This document shows positions 36,315 to 44,267 of a DNA stretch of 64,000 nucleotides, in pieces. A program made the translations under genes and the position numbers. This stretch comes from an uncultured delta proteobacterium (GTDB lineage Bacteria; Desulfobacterota; Syntrophobacteria; BM002), in contig CAVQGX010000033.1 in assembly GCA_963712115.1 (NCBI GenBank), positions 120,001 through 184,000 of the forward strand, read 5' to 3'. The notes under the pieces were generated by a model. It was not told the DNA's origin and searched no databases. It worked only from the letters and a program-made list of their open reading frames with translations. Numbering within the stretch: position 1 is the stretch's first letter; every line of letters starts with the position of its first letter.

Positions 36315-36446
36315 AACCACAGAGCACACAGAGAGTGCCAAAATTGTAAATCTTAAAGGGCCCATAAATGTATTGAACATTCGGGGCCCAGAGTAAAACC
36401 GAACCAATATTTGTTTTTCTTTGCTGTCTCTGTACCCTCTGTGGTT
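36315..36446. repeat. Nonamer inverted-repeat element (CACAGAG / CTCTGTG ends)
   Basis: aaccacagagcacacagaga ... tctctgtaccctctgtggtt flanking about 90 bp. Confidence 0.75.
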
Positions 36447-36502
36447 CAGTTTAAAGCCTTGCTATACATCAACCTGGCCGCAAGAATCGATACTACAAAT
36501 CG

Positions 36503-37027
36503 TCAGATTTTAGTTACCTGAACAAAGTCCAGTTCCACGGGGGTGGAACGGCCAAATATACTCACCAGAACGCGCACCTTACCTTTTTCAGGAACAACAT
36601 CGTCAACCACGCCGTTGAAGTTGGAAAAGGGGCCATCAATGACTCGGACTTCGTCGCCCCGGTCGAATAGATACTTAGGTTTAGGCTTGAGCGCCCCCTC
36701 AGTCATCTGTTCGATGATTTTCTCCGCCTCTTCATCGCTCAGTGGGGTTGGTTTGTCTTTGCCGCCAATAAATCCGGTCACCTTCGGTGTATCTTTTACG
36801 ATGTGCCAGGTTTCGTCGTTAAGTTCCATGCGCACCAAGATATAGCCCGGATAGAATTTTCGGGCAGAGGTCTTCCTCTCCCCTTTGACCAGCTCTACCA
36901 CCTTTTCTGTAGGCACAAGGATCTTCTCAAAAAATTTCTCTTTCCCCAGAGTTTTGATCCGCTCCTCCAAGGCGTTTTTTACCTTTTGCTCGTATCCCGA
37001 GTAGGTATGGACGATGAACCACTGCAT
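36503..37027 (-). CDS. nusG: Transcription factor NusG
   Basis: HTYSGYE, FYPGYILV, TPKVTGF, DGPFSNF, IFGRSTPVEL. Confidence 0.98.
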   Translation of the reverse strand: MQWFIVHTYSGYEQKVKNALEERIKTLGKEKFFEKILVPTEKVVELVKGERKTSARKFYPGYILVRMELNDETWHIVKDTPKVTGFIGGKDKPTPLSDEEAEKIIEQMTEGALKPKPKYLFDRGDEVRVIDGPFSNFNGVVDDVVPEKGKVRVLVSIFGRSTPVELDFVQVTKI

Positions 37028-37118
37028 TGCCAGAAATTATCTCCGATTAATTATTAAGGATTACCTTTATCCAAAACTGGTGTTCACCTAGAAAAATTTC
37101 AGTCCTGGCCGCCCCGCC

Positions 37119-37457
37119 TTAACTAAGAAGCAGTCGCATAAGCTTGGACAGACCAAGATCCACAATGCCCAAAAATGCTCCTATCAGGATAACAATGACC
37201 AAAACCACCGAAGTGGAGGCAATGGTATCTTTGCGCGTAGGCCAGGTAACTTTGGACAACTCAACTCGAACCTCACGAAGGAACTGTCTCACAGTTTCAA
37301 CCACGCCTGAGGTTCTTTCTATGACACTTGCTTTCGGCTCTGCCTTCCGCTTCTTTATTGGCTTGCTATCAGCAGCTGCCACGGCCTTGGGCATTTCAGT
37401 AATTGCTTGCGCCGGAGCGGCAGATTTCTTTTTCTTTTTTTTCTTCGATTTTGCCAT
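37119..37457 (-). CDS. secE: Preprotein translocase SecE with a basic N-terminal extension
   Basis: FLREVRVELSKVTWP plus one TM helix; lies between tRNA-Trp and nusG. Confidence 0.95.
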   Translation of the reverse strand: MAKSKKKKKKKSAAPAQAITEMPKAVAAADSKPIKKRKAEPKASVIERTSGVVETVRQFLREVRVELSKVTWPTRKDTIASTSVVLVIVILIGAFLGIVDLGLSKLMRLLLS

Positions 37458-37471
37458 AGCTACAAAAATAA

Positions 37472-37548
37472 TGGCAGGCCAGGAGGGATTCGAACCCCCA
37501 ACATCCGGATTTGGAGTCCGGCGCTCTAGCCGTTCGAGCTACTGGCCT
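37472..37548 (-). tRNA. tRNA-Trp(CCA)
   Basis: AGGCCAG...CTCCAAA anticodon loop...GGTTCGAATCC...CTGGCCTGCCA. Confidence 0.97.
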
Positions 37549-37595
37549 GCAGTAGTGGTGTTCTCAACTGGCGACTTCTTTCCGTCTAAAATACA

Positions 37596-37700
37596 GGAAT
37601 ATTGGAAGGTTGGAATATTGGGTCCAAAGAAGTGCAAGACCATAAAGAATGTTCTCTTCCCGCTTTTCACACCCAGCATTTCATTAATTCCATAATTCCA
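37596..37700. repeat. Octamer inverted pair (TGGAATAT / ATTCCA)
   Basis: ggaatattggaaggttggaatattggg ... cccagcatttcattaattccataattcca. Confidence 0.65.
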
Positions 37701-37782
37701 TATGCTTCGCTAAAACCTCAACCGCACTCATTCAGTGCAGCTCGAGCAAGCTCGCACGTCCCCTGTGGCAAAAACCCTCGCC

Positions 37783-37932
37783 CTATTTGCTCTCGCGGTG
37801 CAAGGTATGATGTCCACAGTAGCGGCAATATTTGCGGAACTCCAACTTTTCTGGAGTAGTCCTCTTGTTCTTTGTTGTAGTGTAGTTTCTTCTTTTACAC
37901 TCTGAACAGGCCAGATTTATGATAACGCGCAT
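37783..37932 (-). CDS. rpmG: 50S ribosomal protein L33, Zn type (not in the ORF track)
   Basis: Manual translation [49 protein letters not shown]. Confidence 0.97.
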   Translation of the reverse strand: MRVIINLACSECKRRNYTTTKNKRTTPEKLEFRKYCRYCGHHTLHRESK

Positions 37933-37952
37933 GCTCTTTCCCAAAAAGTTCA

Positions 37953-38020
37953 GGATCTGAGATATGCGATGTGAGATTTCTACCCTAAGTATCTTCTATC
38001 CCAAATCCGCAATCCCAAAT
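37953..38020. repeat. Heptamer inverted pair abutting the tuf stop
   Basis: ggatctgagatatgcgatgtgagattt ... atcccaaatccgcaatcccaaat. Confidence 0.65.
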
Positions 38021-39214
38021 CTACTCGACAATATCACTGATGACACCAGCGCCCACCGTGCGACCTCCCTCGCGAATGGCAAAGCGTAACTCCTTCTCCA
38101 TCGCTATCGGGGTGATCAACTCTACGGTCATCGACACGTTGTCACCTGGCATCACCATCTCTATACCCTCGGGCAACGTCACCACGCCCGTAACATCTGT
38201 GGTGCGAAAATAAAACTGCGGCCTGTAACCATTGAAAAACGGCGTGTGACGACCACCCTCCTCCTTCTTCAATATATAAGCCTCAGCCTTAAACTTCCGG
38301 TGCGGATTAATCGAACCAGGCTTGGCTACCACCTGACCACGCTCAACATCATCTCGCTTCACCCCACGCAACAACACCCCTATGTTGTCACCTGCCTGAC
38401 CCTCATCCAAGGTCTTGCGAAACATCTCCACACCCGTACAAACCGTCTTGTGCGTCGGCCTAATCCCTACTATCTCTACCTCATCTCCAACCTTGATCAA
38501 ACCACGCTCTAAACGACCCGTCACCACCGTGCCTCGACCAGAAATGCTAAATACATCCTCAATCGGCATCAAAAACGGCTTGTCTACATCTCGCATAGGC
38601 TCAGGGATGTAACTGTCCACCGCTTCCATTAACTCAAATATGCACTTAGCCTCATCACTCTCAGCATCGTCACTCTCCAAAGCCTTCAACGCACTGCCCT
38701 GAACGATCGGTATGTCGTCTCCAGGAAACTCATACTTCGACAATAACTCCCGTAACTCCAACTCAACTAACTCTATCAACTCCTCATCATCCACCATGTC
38801 TACCTTGTTCAAAAATACCACTATGTACGGCACACCAACCTGACGGGCTAAAAGTATGTGCTCACGGGTCTGAGGCATCGGACCATCATCAGCTCCAACC
38901 ACCAATATCGCTCCGTCCATCTGCGCCGCACCCGTAATCATGTTCTTGATATAGTCCGCATGACCAGGACAATCCACATGGGCATAATGCCGCTTGCCCG
39001 TCTCATACTCCACATGCGCCGTCGCTATGGTGATCCCACGCTCCCTCTCCTCCGGCGCCTTGTCTATCTCGTCAAAGGAAACATACTCCGCCATGCCCTT
39101 CTTCGATAAATGCTTAGTTATCGCCGCCGTCAATGTCGTCTTACCATGATCTATGTGACCTATTGTTCCTACGTTTATATGCGGCTTCGTCCTCTCAAAC
39201 TTCTTCTTCGCCAT
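38021..39214 (-). CDS. tuf: Elongation factor Tu (tRNA-linked copy)
   Basis: Same 397-aa protein as 19844-21037; ATG at 39214 with AGGAGG RBS. Confidence 0.99.
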   Translation of the reverse strand: MAKKKFERTKPHINVGTIGHIDHGKTTLTAAITKHLSKKGMAEYVSFDEIDKAPEERERGITIATAHVEYETGKRHYAHVDCPGHADYIKNMITGAAQMDGAILVVGADDGPMPQTREHILLARQVGVPYIVVFLNKVDMVDDEELIELVELELRELLSKYEFPGDDIPIVQGSALKALESDDAESDEAKCIFELMEAVDSYIPEPMRDVDKPFLMPIEDVFSISGRGTVVTGRLERGLIKVGDEVEIVGIRPTHKTVCTGVEMFRKTLDEGQAGDNIGVLLRGVKRDDVERGQVVAKPGSINPHRKFKAEAYILKKEEGGRHTPFFNGYRPQFYFRTTDVTGVVTLPEGIEMVMPGDNVSMTVELITPIAMEKELRFAIREGGRTVGAGVISDIVE

Positions 39215-39291
39215 GGCGGTTCCTCCTGATAAAGGTTTACTCTGGCTTGTCAGCTGCCTCTGCTTCTTAAGAGAAATTTCAAGACTAATAC

Positions 39292-39368
<77 letters not shown>

Positions 39369-39551
39369 TCGTTCAGGGGCGTTTCGGGCGACCGGACCAG
39401 GAGAGCAGGGAAACAGTCAGCCTCGCAGTGGGTGCCACAGTGCTGAAAGCTTCCGTCGGAAAATGAGAAAAGGAAGAATGTAGTGCTTAACGATAATGGT
39501 CCTGGAGCCACCTTGGGCGCCACTATCTCCTACTAAAATTATGCTCACTGG

Positions 39552-39636
39552 TGGTGGAGAGGGGAGGATTCGAACCTCCGAAGGCTGCGCCGGCAGATTT
39601 ACAGTCTGCTCCCTTTGACCGCTCGGGAACCTCTCC
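39552..39636 (-). tRNA. tRNA-Tyr(GTA)
   Basis: GGAGAGG...CTGTAAA anticodon loop, long variable arm, GGTTCGAATCC, ACCA end. Confidence 0.96.
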
Positions 39637-39706
39637 GCAGCAATTGAGAGCCTCAGCTAAAGACCCCATTATAAATTAATTAAAACCACGCAATAACAAA
39701 AATTTC

Positions 39707-39781
39707 TGGAGCTGGCGATGGGAATCGAACCCGCAACCTGCTGATTACAAATCAGCTGCTCTACCATTGAGCTACGCCAGC
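39707..39781 (-). tRNA. tRNA-Thr(TGT)
   Basis: GCTGGCGTAGCTCAATGG...TTTGTAA...GGTTCGATTCC...GCCAGCTCCA. Confidence 0.96.
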
Positions 39782-39791
39782 GAATCAGGAC

Positions 39792-39820
39792 ACTATAAAC
39801 TTATTCATACTACTAATCAA
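39792..39820 (-). promoter_or_regulatory. Sigma70-type promoter of the tRNA-tuf operon
   Basis: TTGATT-17 nt-TATAGT ending 10 nt before tRNA-Thr, with an AT-rich upstream tract. Confidence 0.72.
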
Positions 39821-39891
39821 GGAAAAAAATGGCACTTCTTTAATTTTTTTAAGCGATCTAGAGTCATAGCGTATACGGATAACGAACTTCT

Positions 39892-40075
39892 TTGGAGTAT
39901 TGGAGTGAGCATCATTTTAGATTTCAGATTGCTGATTGCAGATTGAGGATCAATGCATTCAATGCCACCAGGTCCTGAGCCCTTAAATCTGAAATCTGCA
40001 TTCTAAAAGCTAAAATTTCTGCACTCCATTACTCCTCTTTTTTTCGCTTTGCGCCTGGCGCTATGCGCTCTGCGT
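39892..40075. repeat. Nested composite: octamer pair enclosing a heptamer pair, plus a CGCTATG module
   Basis: ttggagtattggagtg [tttcagattgctgattgcagatt ... aaatctgaaatctgcatt] cactccattactcc, then ttcgctttgcgcctggcgctatgcgctctgcg. Confidence 0.8.
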
Positions 40076-40077
40076 TA

Positions 40078-40557
40078 TCACCTTTCTCTAACAAAAACGA
40101 GGCGGTAAAGTAGCAGTATCACACCTATTGTGATAGCTGAGTCGGCAACATTAAAGGCGGGCCAATGGTAGGTGCGATAATAGACATCAATGAAATCAAT
40201 AACCTCTCCCAGTCTGGCCCTGTCGATGAAATTGCCCAAAGCTCCGCCAAATATTAGCGACAAAGCCACAAGCTCCACCTTTTGATCCGGAGGTAGACGA
40301 AAAAGCATCCAGAGTACCACCCCCATGGCCAGAAGCGACACCCCTAAGAAAAAAAGGGTCCGCAGAATAGATGGCTGACCCGCCAGGAACCCGAAGGCAG
40401 CACCTGTGTTATGGACCCTGGTCAGATTGAGCAGGCCATGGACGATCGGCCGGATCTCGTACATTTTCAAAGTAGCGCTCACCGCTGCCTTGCTCACTTG
40501 ATCCAGCAAGAGCACTCCGACCGCCAGGGTTAGGAAGAGTTTGAGGTGAGACTTCAA
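40078..40557 (-). CDS. lspA: Lipoprotein signal peptidase
   Basis: LDQ.SK, NTGAAFG, GGALGNFIDR, VIDFID, WPAFNVADSAI. Start is ambiguous (TTG at 40557 with a GGGG RBS, or the repeat-derived ATG at 40584). Confidence 0.95.
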   Translation of the reverse strand: MKSHLKLFLTLAVGVLLLDQVSKAAVSATLKMYEIRPIVHGLLNLTRVHNTGAAFGFLAGQPSILRTLFFLGVSLLAMGVVLWMLFRLPPDQKVELVALSLIFGGALGNFIDRARLGEVIDFIDVYYRTYHWPAFNVADSAITIGVILLLYRLVFVRER

Positions 40558-40578
40558 TAGATACCCCGTGTTCGCAAA

Positions 40579-40749
40579 GCGCATAGCGCATAGAGAAAAA
40601 AAGGAGTTAGAAGTCAGGAGTCAGAATCCAGAATCCAGAAGAAAGAACAAAAACAATAATTCCAATCTCCTGGCTACTGACTCCTAGCTCCTGAATTCTT
40701 CACCCTTGGGCCTTGCGCACTGCGCCTTGGGCCACCTGCGCTATGCGCG
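40579..40749. repeat. Composite heptamer block filling the ileS-lspA gap
   Basis: gcgcatagcgcatag; agaagtcaggagtcagaatccaga ... tggctactgactcctagctcct; ccttgggccttgcgcactgcgcctt. Homologous to the reverse complement of 51480-51598. Confidence 0.85.
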
Positions 40750-40750
40750 A

Positions 40751-43552
40751 TTAGGAAGCGGTAGCATGGAGTTCCTTGACGCAGCGGCTGCAGATCTCAG
40801 GCTGACTTGACTCAGCGCCCACGGTTTCATCATGGACCCAACAGCGGGCACATTTCATTGCTGAGGCAGGTCTCACTTGAATCATCAGTCCCGGTATATC
40901 CACGGCCGCGGTTGCCGAGTCAAGGCTTTCGGGATCTGCCAGTCTCACCTGGGAGACAATGAAAACCCGGCTCAGCATGTCTTCACGGCCCTGCAGATTT
41001 TCCATGAGCGCTCCCCTGACCCCGAGGGTAATTTCTGCATCCAAGGAGTGTCCTACCTCTTTGTTCTTTCTCGCCAGTTCCAAGGCGCGATTAACCTCCG
41101 CCCGGACGTCTAACAACAGACCCCACTGCTCTTCAAGGGAGTTATCTTCATAGGCAGATATAGGCTCTGGCAACAGTTCCAAGTGGACGCTCTCGCTTTT
41201 TCCTGGGAAAGGGGGTACATTCTCCCAGATTTCCTCGGAGGTGAAGGCCAAAATGGGGGTCATGAGCCGCACAAGGGTTGTAGCTATTTCGAAGATGGCA
41301 CTCTGGGCCGAACGCCGCTTTGCAGAAGTAGGAGCGGAGACGTAAAGCCGATCCTTCAGCACATCCAGGTAAAAAGCACTGAGATCCACCACACAGAAAT
41401 TATGGATGGCGTGGTAGATTTTATGAAATTCGAAACGTTTGTAGGCCTTGACCACTTTCCTTACTAATTGCTGCAATCGATGCAGGGCCCACCGATCCAG
41501 CGACTCCATGGATGACACCTCAACCCTGTCCCGCTCGGGGTCGAAGTCAGCCAGATTTCCCAACAAAAAGCGGCAGGTGTTTCTGATTCGCCGATAAGCC
41601 TCAGACAAACGCTGAAGTATTTCTTCGGAGATGCGAATATCGTCCCGATAATCCTCAGCCGCTACCCAAAGCCTGAGAATTTCCGCCCCATACTTTTCAA
41701 TGACTTCGTTTGGCGCTATGACATTACCCAGGGACTTGGACATCTTCCGCCCCGTACCATCAACCACAAATCCATGAGTAAGTACAGTGTGGTACGGGGC
41801 ATGGCCCCGGGTGCCCACCGCTGCCAGCAAGGAACTGTGAAACCAGCCTCTGTGCTGATCGCTCCCTTCCAGATAGAGGTCAGCCGGGAAATGGAGATCC
41901 TCCCGAGGTTCGAGAACCGCAGCATAGCTCACACCCGAGTCGAACCACACGTCCAGTATGTCCATTTCTTTGTTGAATCTGGAGCTGCCACACTTGCTGC
42001 ATTTTGTTTGTGGAGGTAGCAACTGTCCAGCTTCCTCTGAGAACCATATGTCGGCCCCTTCTGAAGCAAACCGGGAAACCACGTGCTCAAGCACCTCAGG
42101 GCTGGCCAAGATCTCATCGCAATCCTGGCAATAGAACACTGTTATGGGCACACCCCAGGCCCTTTGCCTGGAGATGCACCAATCAGGTCGGTTGGCAATC
42201 ATGCCATAAATACGTTCTTTGCCCCAACTGGGAAGCCATGCCACTTCCTTCTCAATGGAATCCAGCGCCTTTTCCCTGAGGTGATTAGATTCCATACTTA
42301 TGAACCACTGCTCAGTAGCCCGGAAAATGACCGGCTGCTTGCACCGCCAGCAGTGGGGGTAGGAGTGGGTTATGGTCTCCTCCCGGATGAGGTTGCCGCA
42401 CTCGGCGATTTTCTCATTCACCTTTTTGTTTGCATCAAAGACAAACTGGCCGGCGAAATAAACCACATCTTCGGTGAATCGTCCGTCATCATCCACTGGA
42501 GAATAGATTTCAAGTTCATACTTCAGGGCAGTCTCAAAATCCTCCCGGCCATGACCCGGAGCAGTGTGCACACAGCCGGTCCCCACATCGAGGGTCACAT
42601 AGGGTGCTTGCACAATTACCGATTCCCGATCGACGAAAGGATGCCGACACTTCATACCCTCTAGGTCAACGGCAGCAAGCCGGGCAAGAATCTCGTAGTC
42701 GGAGACCTCCGCTTTGGCCATTACTGCTTCCACCAACCCATCTGCAATAATCCAAGCTTCGTCTGCCATTCCTACCACCGCATATTCGTAGTCCGGGTGA
42801 AGTGCTATGGCCAAATTTGCTGGGATGGTCCACGGGGTGGTGGTCCAAATGAGGACGAACACCCTCTTGCTGTTGAGGGAGGCAACCATGTGGCTGAGGT
42901 CATCTATAAGAGGAAACTTCACATAAATGGAGGGCGACTGATGGTCTTCATATTCTACCTCCGCCTCAGCCAGGGCGGTGCGACAGGAGCTGCACCAGTA
43001 TATTGGTTTCTTGCTCTTGTACACGCTTCCCTGGGTTATAAACTTCCCCAGTTCCCTGGCAATGGTGGCCTCGTAGTCATAGGACATAGTCAAATAGGGG
43101 TTTTCCCAGTCTCCTACCACGCCCAGTCGCTTGAACTCCTGCCGTTGAATGTCTATGAATTTCTCTGCATAGGCCCGACAACGTTGTCGCAGCTCATTTT
43201 GACTCATTCCTCGTCTCTGGTCGCCCAATTCCTTTTCCACCTGGTGTTCAATGGGCAACCCGTGACAATCCCAACCAGGAACATACACGCTGTTATATCC
43301 CATTACCTGCCTGGATCGCACTATCATGTCCTTGAGAATCTTGTTAAGAGCGGTTCCCAAGTGAATATGACCGTTTGCATAGGGCGGCCCATCGTGGAGA
43401 ACGTATCGCGGCCGCTTCTCGCTAGTACTTCTAAGCTTGGCATATAAATCCATCCTTTCCCACTTCGCCAAAATTTCCGGTTCCCTCTTTGCCAAGTTAG
43501 CCTTCATGGGAAAGTCTGTTCGGGGTAAATTGAGTGTCTTCTTATAATCCAT
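40751..43552 (-). CDS. ileS: Isoleucine--tRNA ligase (type 1)
   Basis: HDGPPYANG, GWDCHGLPIE, WTTTPWT, WCISRQR, EGSDQHRGWF, KMSKS, C-terminal CARC..CSRC. Confidence 0.98.
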   Translation of the reverse strand: MDYKKTLNLPRTDFPMKANLAKREPEILAKWERMDLYAKLRSTSEKRPRYVLHDGPPYANGHIHLGTALNKILKDMIVRSRQVMGYNSVYVPGWDCHGLPIEHQVEKELGDQRRGMSQNELRQRCRAYAEKFIDIQRQEFKRLGVVGDWENPYLTMSYDYEATIARELGKFITQGSVYKSKKPIYWCSSCRTALAEAEVEYEDHQSPSIYVKFPLIDDLSHMVASLNSKRVFVLIWTTTPWTIPANLAIALHPDYEYAVVGMADEAWIIADGLVEAVMAKAEVSDYEILARLAAVDLEGMKCRHPFVDRESVIVQAPYVTLDVGTGCVHTAPGHGREDFETALKYELEIYSPVDDDGRFTEDVVYFAGQFVFDANKKVNEKIAECGNLIREETITHSYPHCWRCKQPVIFRATEQWFISMESNHLREKALDSIEKEVAWLPSWGKERIYGMIANRPDWCISRQRAWGVPITVFYCQDCDEILASPEVLEHVVSRFASEGADIWFSEEAGQLLPPQTKCSKCGSSRFNKEMDILDVWFDSGVSYAAVLEPREDLHFPADLYLEGSDQHRGWFHSSLLAAVGTRGHAPYHTVLTHGFVVDGTGRKMSKSLGNVIAPNEVIEKYGAEILRLWVAAEDYRDDIRISEEILQRLSEAYRRIRNTCRFLLGNLADFDPERDRVEVSSMESLDRWALHRLQQLVRKVVKAYKRFEFHKIYHAIHNFCVVDLSAFYLDVLKDRLYVSAPTSAKRRSAQSAIFEIATTLVRLMTPILAFTSEEIWENVPPFPGKSESVHLELLPEPISAYEDNSLEEQWGLLLDVRAEVNRALELARKNKEVGHSLDAEITLGVRGALMENLQGREDMLSRVFIVSQVRLADPESLDSATAAVDIPGLMIQVRPASAMKCARCWVHDETVGAESSQPEICSRCVKELHATAS

Positions 43553-43571
43553 TAGCCTCTCCAGAGCTCTT

Positions 43572-43768
43572 TAAGCCCCGGTGTTTTATGAATCGCTTAC
43601 TGCGACCACGGATATGGCCATCCTTCCGTGCGTCCTCGGGTGTCGCCCCCTGTGACGTACCATTCAGGTACGCCTCGGTACCAATCCCGCGGTACCGCGG
43701 GACGGTTGCCCGGTGGCACGCCCATCTTCGTGGTCTCGTCAAAGCAATTCATGAAACACCGGGGCTTA
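43572..43768. mobile_element. MITE family A, full copy in the ileS leader (opposite orientation to 23978)
   Basis: TIRs taagccccggtgttttatgaat / attcatgaaacaccggggctta. Confidence 0.85.
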
Positions 43769-43780
43769 CTAGAAAAGCAG

Positions 43781-43808
43781 AAATTAACACAGAACCCCTG
43801 ATTGTCAA
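43781..43808 (-). promoter_or_regulatory. Putative ileS promoter
   Basis: TTGACA-16 nt-TAATTT with a TGn extended -10. Confidence 0.55.
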
Positions 43809-43908
43809 GAAAAATGTCCGGTGAGGAGTTTCCCATACGTACTGACTTCGGGCCCCGAGGACCTAGCCACCCCCAGAGGGGGTTTCAATGGTCTTTCCCT
43901 CATGCTGC

Positions 43909-44078
43909 GGTATGATGGAGTGTTGGGGTGGTGGAATACTGAAATGCCAAATTCCAAGCACCACATCTCATGGCATTAGGTTTCAGGTGTCAGGTGTCAG
44001 GAGAAAAAATACAAAGGGTAAAACCTGACACCTGAACACTGAAACCTCAGTCATTTTCTACAACTACCTCATTACAAT
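43909..44078. repeat. Nested composite: octamer array plus a CAGGTGT / ACACCTG inverted pair
   Basis: ggtttcaggtgtcaggtgtcagg ... cctgacacctgaacactgaaacc, preceded by atggagtgttggggtggtggaat. Confidence 0.78.
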
Positions 44079-44267
44079 GTCTCAAGATTTACTTTGCAGA
44101 GGCCAAATGATCCTTGACAATAGATTTGAATTGTAGCATAAGCTACGTCCTTAAATAGAAGTTGATCCTAGAGCAACCAACGAGGTATTTGCATTGCCCC
44201 TCGCCGACGTTTTTGTTACTATGGCCCAACCAATCGGCAAGACAGCTAAAACAACGGATATGATGAA

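Noticed and set aside
39549-39555. Encoded CCACCA after tRNA-Tyr
   Set aside because: Short, easily arises by chance, and would be trimmed during maturation.
43553-43800. T-box or riboswitch in the ileS leader
   Set aside because: No T-box consensus or terminator/antiterminator pair; the structure is explained by MITE A.
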